A stretch of DNA of 64,000 nt from an uncultured virus (IMG/VR IMGVR_UViG_3300030202_002218) (IMGVR_UViG_3300030202_002218); one strand, 5' to 3'. Positions 48,376 through 57,190 are shown, numbered from the stretch's first letter. Translations and numbers: made by a program. Notes: generated by a model not told the origin, from the letters alone.

Positions 48376-48419
48376 AGAATGGGTGAGGATTACGATTCCT
48401 CAAACGAGTGTGATTGATA
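48376..48419 (-). ncRNA. Putative structured RNA element (copy B)
   Basis: Homologous to 41226-41270; hairpin UGAGGA-AUCGUAA-UCCUCA preceded by CACACUCGUU. Confidence 0.5.
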
Positions 48420-48444
48420 ACTCAATGGTTAATCAAGTGAGTAT

Positions 48445-49554
48445 TCAAAGGGTGTCAAGTGAACCAATGTCAAGGTTGTTGTAGTCCTCATCAGTCATTC
48501 TACCGGATGATGTAGGAGTCCAGTCATTCTTAACCAAAGGCCAGTGCCAAGACTGTGCTTGACCACCAATCACCTTTGAGTCTGCCACTTCTTCGTTGAT
48601 ACCAATGAATGCTCGGAACGCTTCACGGAAGTCATCGGATACAGACCAAGCAAATCGCGCTGTCCAAAAGTTTCTCTCGGATTCAAGGACAACATAAGCG
48701 GCCATTTGAAGAGTGAATCTCTTAGCGGCTTGGTAGTTGCCAGCACCACATAGTTCGGGGAACCAAGAGCGAGTCTTGTATGTCTTACCGGTCTTTTCAT
48801 CAGTCCACTTCTTGTTTCGCTTTGGAGCGATACAAAGAATATCAGCGGCGGCCTTGAGAAGTTGAGTATCCCAGTCAATGGCATTCGACAATTGCTTCGG
48901 GTTCAATTCCTTTCGACCGGAGAGAGTCATTTCATAACCGTCACCGTTCTTGTTGGTCTTGTGAAGGACTGCCTTAGCCATGTTGATTTCTTTGTCGGTG
49001 ACACCTTTGATTGCCAGTTTGACACCTTTGTTCCAATCATCAAGGACAAAGGAAACCTCGGTAGCGTCTGCCAGTTCTTCTTCTTCTTCATCGTCAAAGT
49101 CTTCATCGTCATCAATGCCAGCAGATTCAGTCGAAGTCATGCTGAAATCAATTCCCGCATCTTCTTCTTCTTCTTCTTCTTCATCGAAGTGCGAAGCCAC
49201 AAAGTCGAATGCCAATTGGCACAAGTTGTTTAGGCTCTTTGCTTCTGTCAACATCAGTTTGAATACTTCAAGGACTTTCACTTTGTCAGTCTTGGCATTG
49301 ATACCGGTGGTATTGCCTTTCTTGTAGTAAGCGTCGATACGGCTATGTTTGATACCCATATTCTTTGCCAAACGGATGATGAAAGTGGCGTTGTTGGTTG
49401 CTTTCGCACTGCCGCTGTTCTTCACAGTCTTTACTTCGTTCATTTTCTCCCCCAATGTATTATAGAAAGCCTCGTTGTCTTTAGCGACAACTACCGCTTT
49501 GCACATTACACCAAGTGTATTGTTCAGTTCATTCCTCATGCTTGTTTTTTCCAT
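48445..49554 (-). CDS. First early gene; protein with a central hyper-acidic linker
   Basis: 369 aa; GAGGT SD; its own promoter repeat and terminator; FDEEEEEEEDAGIDFSM...DDDEDFDDEEEEE. Confidence 0.75.
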   Translation of the reverse strand: MEKTSMRNELNNTLGVMCKAVVVAKDNEAFYNTLGEKMNEVKTVKNSGSAKATNNATFIIRLAKNMGIKHSRIDAYYKKGNTTGINAKTDKVKVLEVFKLMLTEAKSLNNLCQLAFDFVASHFDEEEEEEEDAGIDFSMTSTESAGIDDDEDFDDEEEEELADATEVSFVLDDWNKGVKLAIKGVTDKEINMAKAVLHKTNKNGDGYEMTLSGRKELNPKQLSNAIDWDTQLLKAAADILCIAPKRNKKWTDEKTGKTYKTRSWFPELCGAGNYQAAKRFTLQMAAYVVLESERNFWTARFAWSVSDDFREAFRAFIGINEEVADSKVIGGQAQSWHWPLVKNDWTPTSSGRMTDEDYNNLDIGSLDTL

Positions 49555-49596
49555 GTCTATTACCTCATGACCCTTCTTGGGCTGACTTTCCAGTAA

Positions 49597-49623
49597 GGTT
49601 TGGTGCTTCCCTTATAAGGGGTC
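49597..49623 (-). promoter_or_regulatory. 27-bp repeated promoter element with palindromic TATA core, copy 2
   Basis: Identical to 28932-28958; lies 43 nt upstream of the ATG at 49554. Confidence 0.75.
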
Positions 49624-49687
49624 GAGCCAAAATCGGGTTGTCAGCCTTTCGCGCTCTTGCCGCGAAAAGGAGAGCAAGAACGCGTGA

Positions 49688-49702
49688 CAACCGTATGGTT
49701 GG
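49688..49702. repeat. 15-bp quasi-palindromic direct repeat, copy 2
   Basis: CAACCGTATGGTTGG, identical to 48244-48258. Confidence 0.75.
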
Positions 49703-49809
49703 AGGCGCGATGGAATCGCGCCGGAAACCCGCGATAAAAGCAACCGCGAAACGCGCTACTGCGCGACCGTTTCCAATGCGACATAGTGCATAAGCGCGTG
49801 GCGAATACC

Positions 49810-49893
49810 AGCGCGAATACTTCGCGCTTTACCGCGAGTCCCTCGCGGAGTATTTGCCCGTCGCGTTAGCCGGAGTCGCGCTCGCGGCGCGAC
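49810..49893. other. Three tandem perfect GC-rich inverted repeats at the early/late divergence point
   Basis: AGCGCGAA-TAC-TTCGCGCT (49810-49828), CCGCGAG-TCC-CTCGCGG (49832-49848) and GTCGCGC-TCGCG-GCGCGAC (49875-49893). Confidence 0.7.
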
Positions 49894-50015
49894 AATTTGC
49901 CCTCCTTAACCGCGTGCGAAATACAGATATTTTTTTCGTGGGGGTCAAAAAAAAATTCCAGCCATTTTTTTATCAACCGCTATGTTCAAGGGTGTGGTTG
50001 TCCTCCCATCCACTA

Positions 50016-53000
50016 ATGCGTCCGAGTGTCCGTGTTGTTAAGTCGGTTGACGAGGGACTAATCCTCAAGGAAACCAATCAACAGAAAAAAGACAAACGCA
50101 AAGCAGAACGCGATGCGGCAAGAAAAGCCAAAAAAGCGGCACGCAAAGCAAAAAAACGCGGTGAGAAACCACCAAAGCAAGTAAAAGTTGTTGACAAAAA
50201 ACCCGCCGCGGAGGAAAAATTTGACCCGTTTGAAGGAAAAAATATCGACCCCGCACAAGAAAAGGCAAGGGAGAAAATAAAAGAGGCGGGTGAAAAAAGA
50301 CGCGCTGAAAACGCTAAACGCGTAGATGCTTTGCGCGAAAAAGCAAGAAAAAGTCGCGAAAGAAGAAAGAAAGAACAAGAAGAGTCCGGGTTAAGCCCCG
50401 AAGAGTTCCGCGAAATGAAGGAACTTGAAAGACTCGTAGCCGAAGAAAAGAAGGCTAAAACTGTCAAAGTAGTTGACCCTCCCGCTAAAGAAGAACCTCC
50501 TAAAGAAGAACCTCCTAAAGAAGAACCTCCTAAAGAAGAAAAGCCAAAGACCGTCAAAGTAGTTGACTCCGCAAAAGATGACAAAGAAGGAAAAGGCGGT
50601 AAAACACAAAGAGGTTTCGCGTCTTTAGCACCTTACATGGCTGAATTAGTCAGTCGATACAAAGATGAAGAAATAGACGCGACTGAATTTTACGAAGACA
50701 TAGTTTTCGCTAACAATATGCTTTTGGGTCGTGCTTTAGGACAAGAGAAGGATGAAATGCTACAAGAGCGCGAAGATGGCTTTCCCGCTATGCTTCACGA
50801 ACCATTCTTAAACGCGCCTGTTATGATGCATTTGAAGAGGTTGTCGAATGAGTTCCCCGAACTCAAAGATGTGCAAAAAGCAGATGAAGAAATGAACGGT
50901 AGTTTAGAAAATGCTATGGGCGGAACGCGAGGAATACGCGCTGATATTTCATCCTTCATCGCAGACCCATTGAATGAGGGCAGACCTCATCAAGAAAAAG
51001 ACATCAATGGTATTTACAAACTTCTTAACAAATACGACCACCCTCTCGGTGTCACGCTGTCGGCGGAGATACCAAAGAGTGACCGTATCGTTCCCACTTA
51101 CAGACCAAGAGAAGCGCGAAAAATTCGTGTTGCTGGTCGAATGCAAGACCCTTCATTTGAACAAGAGATGAACCGATTACGCGATGAGCAGATGGAGAAC
51201 TTGAAGTTTAGAGAAGATAAACGATTTACTACGGACCGCGATAAAGGCGGAGCGAGTAGATTTTACGATAAGTTGTTCGGAGAAGGTGAAGTCAACCTAA
51301 GAAGAGAAAAAGGACAAGAAGGCCAGTCAAGTTTTCAACTTAAAAACCCTTCATCATCAACAACACAATCCATACTCAACCAAGTGCGAGATATTGCGCG
51401 TGAAGAATCTGTTGATGAAAAAACCGCTTACAAAAAAATGATGGAGAAGTTCAACGATTATATGATTTCATTGACAGGGAACAAAGCGTTCGGAACATCG
51501 GGGCGCGCAGGTAGAACTGGACAAGAAATAGAAGTTGGGCGTTCGCCGGACGCAATTACGCCTTCTATGGTTGATGCCGCGAAACAACTTGGGTTGTCTT
51601 CTGCTGTGGCAAACATGCCCGATTTGTTAGTGAGTCGATACATGAAAGACCCTAAAAGTGCATTCAGTCAAAAAACGCGTAATGAATTGGCCGATGAGTT
51701 AGCGGGTATGGGTCAAGAAGGTTTTCACCCAACGCTAATATCTGCTATGGGTGAAGAAGGACTCTTGAGTAGTCTATTTGGTGATGAAAGCGCGGTGACT
51801 GTCGAGGGTGCTGGGCCGGGTGGTTCACAAGAAGAAGTGGAACAAAGAGCCAGTGAAGCGCGAAGAGCAAGATTTGGTGGGGTTGCAACTGAATCTTCAA
51901 TGATGGAACCCGAAGATGAACTCGCGGTTGTTCAAGGTAAAAGAAAATTATCACCATCTCAACGAATGACACAACTTGAGCGACAATTCAATCAAGGTGA
52001 TATTGACGAGTATGAATACGAAATGCAACGCGCGGCAATCAATTTAGACCAACACAAATTAGACTCGGATGCTGAATTAGGTGGCTTAACTGGTAATGAT
52101 TTCGAGGTTGGTCACGCGTATCACGGTTTGAGTGAAGAAAAACTCATCGAACAATCAAATAATTTTGTTGACAACCTCATCGGTATGGCGCGCATAATGC
52201 GAGAAATACGACACAAAGCATACGATAACAATGGTGCGGAAACAGACCAAGAAAAACACGATGTTGATAAGAAGTTGGAGGCTATTGGTTTAACCGCAGA
52301 AAACTTTGTTGCTTTTGGTAATATTGAAAACGCAACATACGAAGACAAGCAACGCTACAACAAACTCGATGAAATCATAAGCCCGGAACAATTAGTTAAT
52401 ACAGCAAAAAAAGGTGATAAGCCAAAAATGAAGACTATTGCTGGCACAGGCACTTTAGCAGTAATGCTCCCTATTATGACTTCGCGGCTGAATCGACAAC
52501 ACGACATGATGAAAGATATTGGAATGTCAAATGTTGATTTAGTGAAAGCGGCGATGAAATACGCTAATGCTGATATGGGTGTGAATGGATACAAGGAGGC
52601 TTTTGCTTCGTTAGGGGCGCAAGCACAAAAAGGTAAATTGAACACATATCCAATATATCGTTTGTTGCAGTATTTGAGGAAAAAAGGATACCGTGAAGCA
52701 CTCGATGAAGCGCACCATCAAAAAGTCGAAGAACAACAACGAAAGTTTGCAAAGAACCACACTGCGCGTCAAGCAATGAAAGAAGAGGCTAAATTCACAC
52801 CTGCTTCGGAATACGATATTGAGGCAGGTGCGCCCGAACACATGGAACATATACTCCACGACAAAGAAAAGTGCCTTTCATGTCACGAAGACCGATTTGG
52901 CACAAGAGATGCACCAACAGCGCGAGCGCATTCACCAGTTAAGGGTGATAAATCACCCTTTGCTCACAAGTCTATCACACTCCCGCAATTTACAAATTAC

Positions 53001-56000
53001 AAAAAACGCGGACAAGATTTCCCATTAGATGTCACCGGCTCTACTGAAAATGAAACTTCACTCGCCGCTATATTGAGGCACATTTACCCCGAAGATGACA
53101 GATACAACCACAAAAAGTTGATGAGTCGAAAACAAAAATATCTTGATAATCCAAAATTAAACACTTACGAAGGGTTCATCAAACCTACAACTCGACAGTT
53201 CAAAAATAAAATCAAGCAAGCGGTTATCACAGGTCACCCACGCGCGGCTAACATTTTCAAGAAGTTTGGACTTTACCGAACAAAGGAGAACGGAATAGCA
53301 ACTGGCCCAGCAGGGATGAGCAACAAAGAGTTGGTTGCTTCTTCATTCTTCATGAACAACGACGATTCAATCGACAAGCACCAAGAATCAATGCGTAAGA
53401 GAACACTTCTATCGACGCGTTTCAATGCGATTACTGATGCTATGCATTTCATGGAAGAACTCGCAGACGGCGACTATGGTAGCAAAATCAAACCGGGTGC
53501 GCTAAAGAGTAGAGCCAACCGAATCGCGTTATTGGGTGAGATGATAAATGAACCCACTAAAGGTATTCAAAAAGAAAATAGAAAGATTGAGAAAAGAAAG
53601 CGGGAAATTGATACTTACAAAAACCTATATCGACAATATATAGATGATAAAATGGCTTATGATGCTAATTTAGCAAAAACGAAACCAACATATCAATTGT
53701 TTAATGAATTGACAGGAAAAATTCGCGGTGAATTTGAAACAAAAGAAGATGCAGAAAAAGCAATCAAGAATATGAAAGATAAAGACAACAAACCCGATAC
53801 TTACATGCAAAGTATCCACTCGGTTCAAGAACAACGCGGTGAATATGATTCACCGGGTCAAATAGCAATGATTGAAGCACAGGCTGATGAAATCGACAAG
53901 AAATATGGTAAAATGTTGATGCTCCGTAAGAAGAAATTGAGAGAGATAAAATCATACGAAAAGAAAGCCGCTAAGTTGAAAGACGCGAGCGAAGATAACA
54001 TCAATCGAACAAATGAATACATGCTTGGCGCGTTTATCAATTCGGGCGATAAGATGGCTAACATATTCACCAAGATGAAAAAATCACCGGAGGGTGTAAG
54101 TCAACACGCTTTGATGGGTATGCTCGCTGAATTGCATGATGATATGTATGGCGATGATGATTATGATTCGGTGCTTAGAGGCGACGCGAGTGGGAGAACG
54201 GACAAAGACTTCACTCATTCACTAAGCAACTATAAACTCGGTAGAATGGGCGAAATGGGTGGAACGGGTGTTATGAGTTTGACCAATAACAAAGCCCTCC
54301 CGCGAATCAATTCAATCAACCAACTGCTCGCTCATCGCATTCAAATGGGATTCCCTCTCACAGAAGAAGATATTGAGCGCGCTAAGGGTATGTTGCATGA
54401 TGCTGATATGGCGGATACTGTTGACAAAGAAGATTATAATGAGTGGTCGAAAGGTTTGACCATAGATGATGATGTTGATTTCAATATGTCCGAATTAGAA
54501 CATGAGCATCATGATGATTCCGAAGACGACTTGGGGTTGCTAACAGAAGAAGAGGCGGCGCGAAGAGAACAAAACTCACACTTTACAAAAGGTAGTGAAA
54601 AGGCGATAGAGAACGGTGACATTGAAGCCCATAATTTAGTATCCAATTGGAGAGGTAATGCACCAACTTTGTGCGGTGTATGTCACGGACATCGGTTCGT
54701 GACAAGAGATGAAGCGGTATCATACATTCGTCATCGCATACCCGGTATGGAAGGTGTAGGTCGCGAGAGTTCAAAGATGAACAACTATATCGCTAACAAA
54801 ATGAGGCCGCGTGGGTTTGCTTCTTACGATGAACACCCTATGGCTGATGAAATGGACCCGAATGAACACGAACAATTCGCGTGTCCAGCCTGTGAGCATT
54901 CAAGTGACTATGTTCAAGGTGGTAAATGTAGCAACGGTCTTTGTGGTGATTGTTTTGGCACAGGTGAGCGCGACCCAACGGATGATGAACATATCCAAGA
55001 AGGATACATAGACGCGGAGGGAAATAAAATTGATGGAAAAAACCACCACTATTCGCATAATGGAATGGTGGGTGAGAAGTTCGATTACCTCAACCAACTT
55101 CTGCTAAGACATGCAGAAATGGCACAATCGGGTGAAATACCGGATTATTTGAAAGATATAGTCAAACCTCAATCACCAGTGTGGGAGCAGTTTGATAAGC
55201 ATGTAGGTTCGGGTAAATTTCAAACATTTGAAGATGAGCGTGAAGCGCGCAGAAAGAAGAAATTAGAACCGTTGGTGATTGACCCTAACGCGCCGGAACT
55301 ACCCGCCCCACCACGCGCGAGAAGTCAATTCCGAATCGAACAACCCGACGAAGGTGGTATGCCGCAGATTGACTTCGATATGAGTGAAGAAAAACCTTTC
55401 CAACTAAATATTGTGAACAATTTAGCAATGCAAAAGCATCATGAGATATTTTTGAAGAAGCATCTTGACATTCTATACAAATCGGCTCTTCAAGGTCAAC
55501 CCCAAATGAAAGAAGAAATTAACGAATTATACGCCAGCATCGTTAATGACCCAGCACTACAAGACATTCACAATGACGAAGACCACCATTTGATTGAAAA
55601 AATACACGAACTACAAGAAATCGCGGATGCGAATTATGTTGATGATATTAGCGACATCGCGAGTTTGAGTGCTAAAGAGAGAAAGGCGATGCGCGCAAAA
55701 CGAAGACAGTTGCCTGTTGACGAAAACGGTGATTTGCAATTGACTATGGATGATGTGTTTGGTGGAAATGCGCCAATGTCTTTCAACGCCTTCGATAAAT
55801 ATACTCCTAAACACGGACACATGCAAACAGAAACCGAAATACGAGAAGGGTTATTTGAGCCGGGAGAAGACAATCAACCAAAACCAGTGACAATGAAGCA
55901 ATTGAGAAGTTTTTTCATGGGGCGACCGGATGTATTGAAAATGCTCAATAGAATTGAAGCCAGTGAAAAATACAAATCGGAGAGTGCTGAAAAAATTAAA

Positions 56001-57119
56001 AGCGCGCTTGATAGTGTTGAAAAACCATTAGTGGCGCGAAAAACAGGCAATATGTATAGCGAATCACTCAATGATATTTTGAAGCAGTTTGGTGAAAAAC
56101 CAATGACACAAGAGATGGGTTCTTATCAATTGACTTACAGTGATGAAGCGTTAAAAGCATTTAAAGAAGCGGGAGCAACAAATGTTAATTCATTGATGAC
56201 TGTCAAAAACAAAAATAATCTAAATCGTGCATTAGATGAAGGATACACCCGCGAAAGAAGTGCAACGATGAAACCGTTATGGCAAGAGTATGTCATGCGA
56301 AAAGCACTTCAACACTTCATGTCGAATGTGAATAACCCTCTTCAATACCCAACAATACCAGCAGGTATCAATCAAAATAACTTCGCTGAAATGGTGGGAG
56401 AAAACAGCGGGTTGTTTCAATTGATGAAAGATGAGGCCGCGAAAGTTGCTGGTTATGAAGACGAAGAAGATTTGGAAAAGAAACTCAACATGTCAACAAG
56501 CCCGACTGTCGGCGGTGTAAAGTTGAATGTTAACGAGTTTAAGGCAGATGTTTTGAAGAATGCGACACACGAAGACTCACATCAACTGCCGATGGGTTAT
56601 ATTCGATACGATAAGAAGGGTAAAGGCAAAATGGTTGCTAAAGACGCTGAAACTATACTGAATGAAAGTCAAGAACAATTGTTAAAACCTAATGATATGA
56701 AGAAATACGAAAACGCGATAAGAACTGTCAACTACAACATGAGGCCAAACTACATGAGAATGAAAGAGATTAGGAGTGTATTGCATGGCGAAGACGGCAA
56801 ACACGACGGCTACGATGGTTATGAAGAACTTGCAACAGCATTTACCAACAAAGCATTACCGGCGGAACAACAAGCGTTGTTAGAAACCAGTGGTCCGTTG
56901 TTGAAATTATCTCATCGACACCTTACTCCAATTTCTTTTGCTGACGCGCAATCGTATGCTTTAGCCGCGGAAGAAAATAAGAAATTCCAAGAAGGACTGA
57001 AAGCGCGACGAGAAGGAACATTGTTAGGTCCAGTGCCTATCACTCAACCAATTCAGCAACCAATTCAACAACCAATTCAACAACCCCAACAACAAATTGA
57101 TTTCAACATGGATTCTTGA
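50016..57119 (+). CDS. Giant (~2367 aa) charged protein, putative internal virion/ejection protein
   Basis: Probable start ATG 50016 (MRPSVRVVKS); K/E-rich helical protein; KEEPP and QPIQ repeats; several CxxC motifs; no enzymatic motif recognised. Confidence 0.7.
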   Translation: MRPSVRVVKSVDEGLILKETNQQKKDKRKAERDAARKAKKAARKAKKRGEKPPKQVKVVDKKPAAEEKFDPFEGKNIDPAQEKAREKIKEAGEKRRAENAKRVDALREKARKSRERRKKEQEESGLSPEEFREMKELERLVAEEKKAKTVKVVDPPAKEEPPKEEPPKEEPPKEEKPKTVKVVDSAKDDKEGKGGKTQRGFASLAPYMAELVSRYKDEEIDATEFYEDIVFANNMLLGRALGQEKDEMLQEREDGFPAMLHEPFLNAPVMMHLKRLSNEFPELKDVQKADEEMNGSLENAMGGTRGIRADISSFIADPLNEGRPHQEKDINGIYKLLNKYDHPLGVTLSAEIPKSDRIVPTYRPREARKIRVAGRMQDPSFEQEMNRLRDEQMENLKFREDKRFTTDRDKGGASRFYDKLFGEGEVNLRREKGQEGQSSFQLKNPSSSTTQSILNQVRDIAREESVDEKTAYKKMMEKFNDYMISLTGNKAFGTSGRAGRTGQEIEVGRSPDAITPSMVDAAKQLGLSSAVANMPDLLVSRYMKDPKSAFSQKTRNELADELAGMGQEGFHPTLISAMGEEGLLSSLFGDESAVTVEGAGPGGSQEEVEQRASEARRARFGGVATESSMMEPEDELAVVQGKRKLSPSQRMTQLERQFNQGDIDEYEYEMQRAAINLDQHKLDSDAELGGLTGNDFEVGHAYHGLSEEKLIEQSNNFVDNLIGMARIMREIRHKAYDNNGAETDQEKHDVDKKLEAIGLTAENFVAFGNIENATYEDKQRYNKLDEIISPEQLVNTAKKGDKPKMKTIAGTGTLAVMLPIMTSRLNRQHDMMKDIGMSNVDLVKAAMKYANADMGVNGYKEAFASLGAQAQKGKLNTYPIYRLLQYLRKKGYREALDEAHHQKVEEQQRKFAKNHTARQAMKEEAKFTPASEYDIEAGAPEHMEHILHDKEKCLSCHEDRFGTRDAPTARAHSPVKGDKSPFAHKSITLPQFTNYKKRGQDFPLDVTGSTENETSLAAILRHIYPEDDRYNHKKLMSRKQKYLDNPKLNTYEGFIKPTTRQFKNKIKQAVITGHPRAANIFKKFGLYRTKENGIATGPAGMSNKELVASSFFMNNDDSIDKHQESMRKRTLLSTRFNAITDAMHFMEELADGDYGSKIKPGALKSRANRIALLGEMINEPTKGIQKENRKIEKRKREIDTYKNLYRQYIDDKMAYDANLAKTKPTYQLFNELTGKIRGEFETKEDAEKAIKNMKDKDNKPDTYMQSIHSVQEQRGEYDSPGQIAMIEAQADEIDKKYGKMLMLRKKKLREIKSYEKKAAKLKDASEDNINRTNEYMLGAFINSGDKMANIFTKMKKSPEGVSQHALMGMLAELHDDMYGDDDYDSVLRGDASGRTDKDFTHSLSNYKLGRMGEMGGTGVMSLTNNKALPRINSINQLLAHRIQMGFPLTEEDIERAKGMLHDADMADTVDKEDYNEWSKGLTIDDDVDFNMSELEHEHHDDSEDDLGLLTEEEAARREQNSHFTKGSEKAIENGDIEAHNLVSNWRGNAPTLCGVCHGHRFVTRDEAVSYIRHRIPGMEGVGRESSKMNNYIANKMRPRGFASYDEHPMADEMDPNEHEQFACPACEHSSDYVQGGKCSNGLCGDCFGTGERDPTDDEHIQEGYIDAEGNKIDGKNHHYSHNGMVGEKFDYLNQLLLRHAEMAQSGEIPDYLKDIVKPQSPVWEQFDKHVGSGKFQTFEDEREARRKKKLEPLVIDPNAPELPAPPRARSQFRIEQPDEGGMPQIDFDMSEEKPFQLNIVNNLAMQKHHEIFLKKHLDILYKSALQGQPQMKEEINELYASIVNDPALQDIHNDEDHHLIEKIHELQEIADANYVDDISDIASLSAKERKAMRAKRRQLPVDENGDLQLTMDDVFGGNAPMSFNAFDKYTPKHGHMQTETEIREGLFEPGEDNQPKPVTMKQLRSFFMGRPDVLKMLNRIEASEKYKSESAEKIKSALDSVEKPLVARKTGNMYSESLNDILKQFGEKPMTQEMGSYQLTYSDEALKAFKEAGATNVNSLMTVKNKNNLNRALDEGYTRERSATMKPLWQEYVMRKALQHFMSNVNNPLQYPTIPAGINQNNFAEMVGENSGLFQLMKDEAAKVAGYEDEEDLEKKLNMSTSPTVGGVKLNVNEFKADVLKNATHEDSHQLPMGYIRYDKKGKGKMVAKDAETILNESQEQLLKPNDMKKYENAIRTVNYNMRPNYMRMKEIRSVLHGEDGKHDGYDGYEELATAFTNKALPAEQQALLETSGPLLKLSHRHLTPISFADAQSYALAAEENKKFQEGLKARREGTLLGPVPITQPIQQPIQQPIQQPQQQIDFNMDS
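50485..50540 (+). repeat. 15-bp tandem repeat (KEEPP)x3.7
   Basis: CTAAAGAAGAACCTC units. Confidence 0.9.
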
Positions 57120-57190
57120 TAATATTGTTTTATTCTTAGAATTATAATTACTATATTGTTATCATAATAATATGATAATATCGAGAAAGA
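57120..57190 (+). promoter_or_regulatory. AT-rich island upstream of the GTPase operon
   Basis: Near-pure A/T tract ending in ATAATATCGAGAAA (57175-57188). Confidence 0.5.

Noticed and set aside
47952..48444. tRNA in the long intergenic regions
   Set aside because: No cloverleaf or T-loop consensus was found by eye here or at 41100-41300 and 49625-50015.
49854..50015. Track start of the giant ORF at TTG 49854
   Set aside because: It runs through the hairpin cluster and T/A tracts with atypical composition; ATG 50016 is more plausible.
52870..54690. Two CxxCH motifs (CLSCH, CGVCH) in the giant protein as c-type haem sites
   Set aside because: There is no signal peptide, and neighbouring CxxC and CxxCxGxG motifs point to zinc binding.
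49810..57119. N4-like system of hairpin promoters plus a giant virion RNA polymerase
   Set aside because: The hairpins are real, but I found no T7-like or multisubunit RNA polymerase catalytic motifs in the giant protein.
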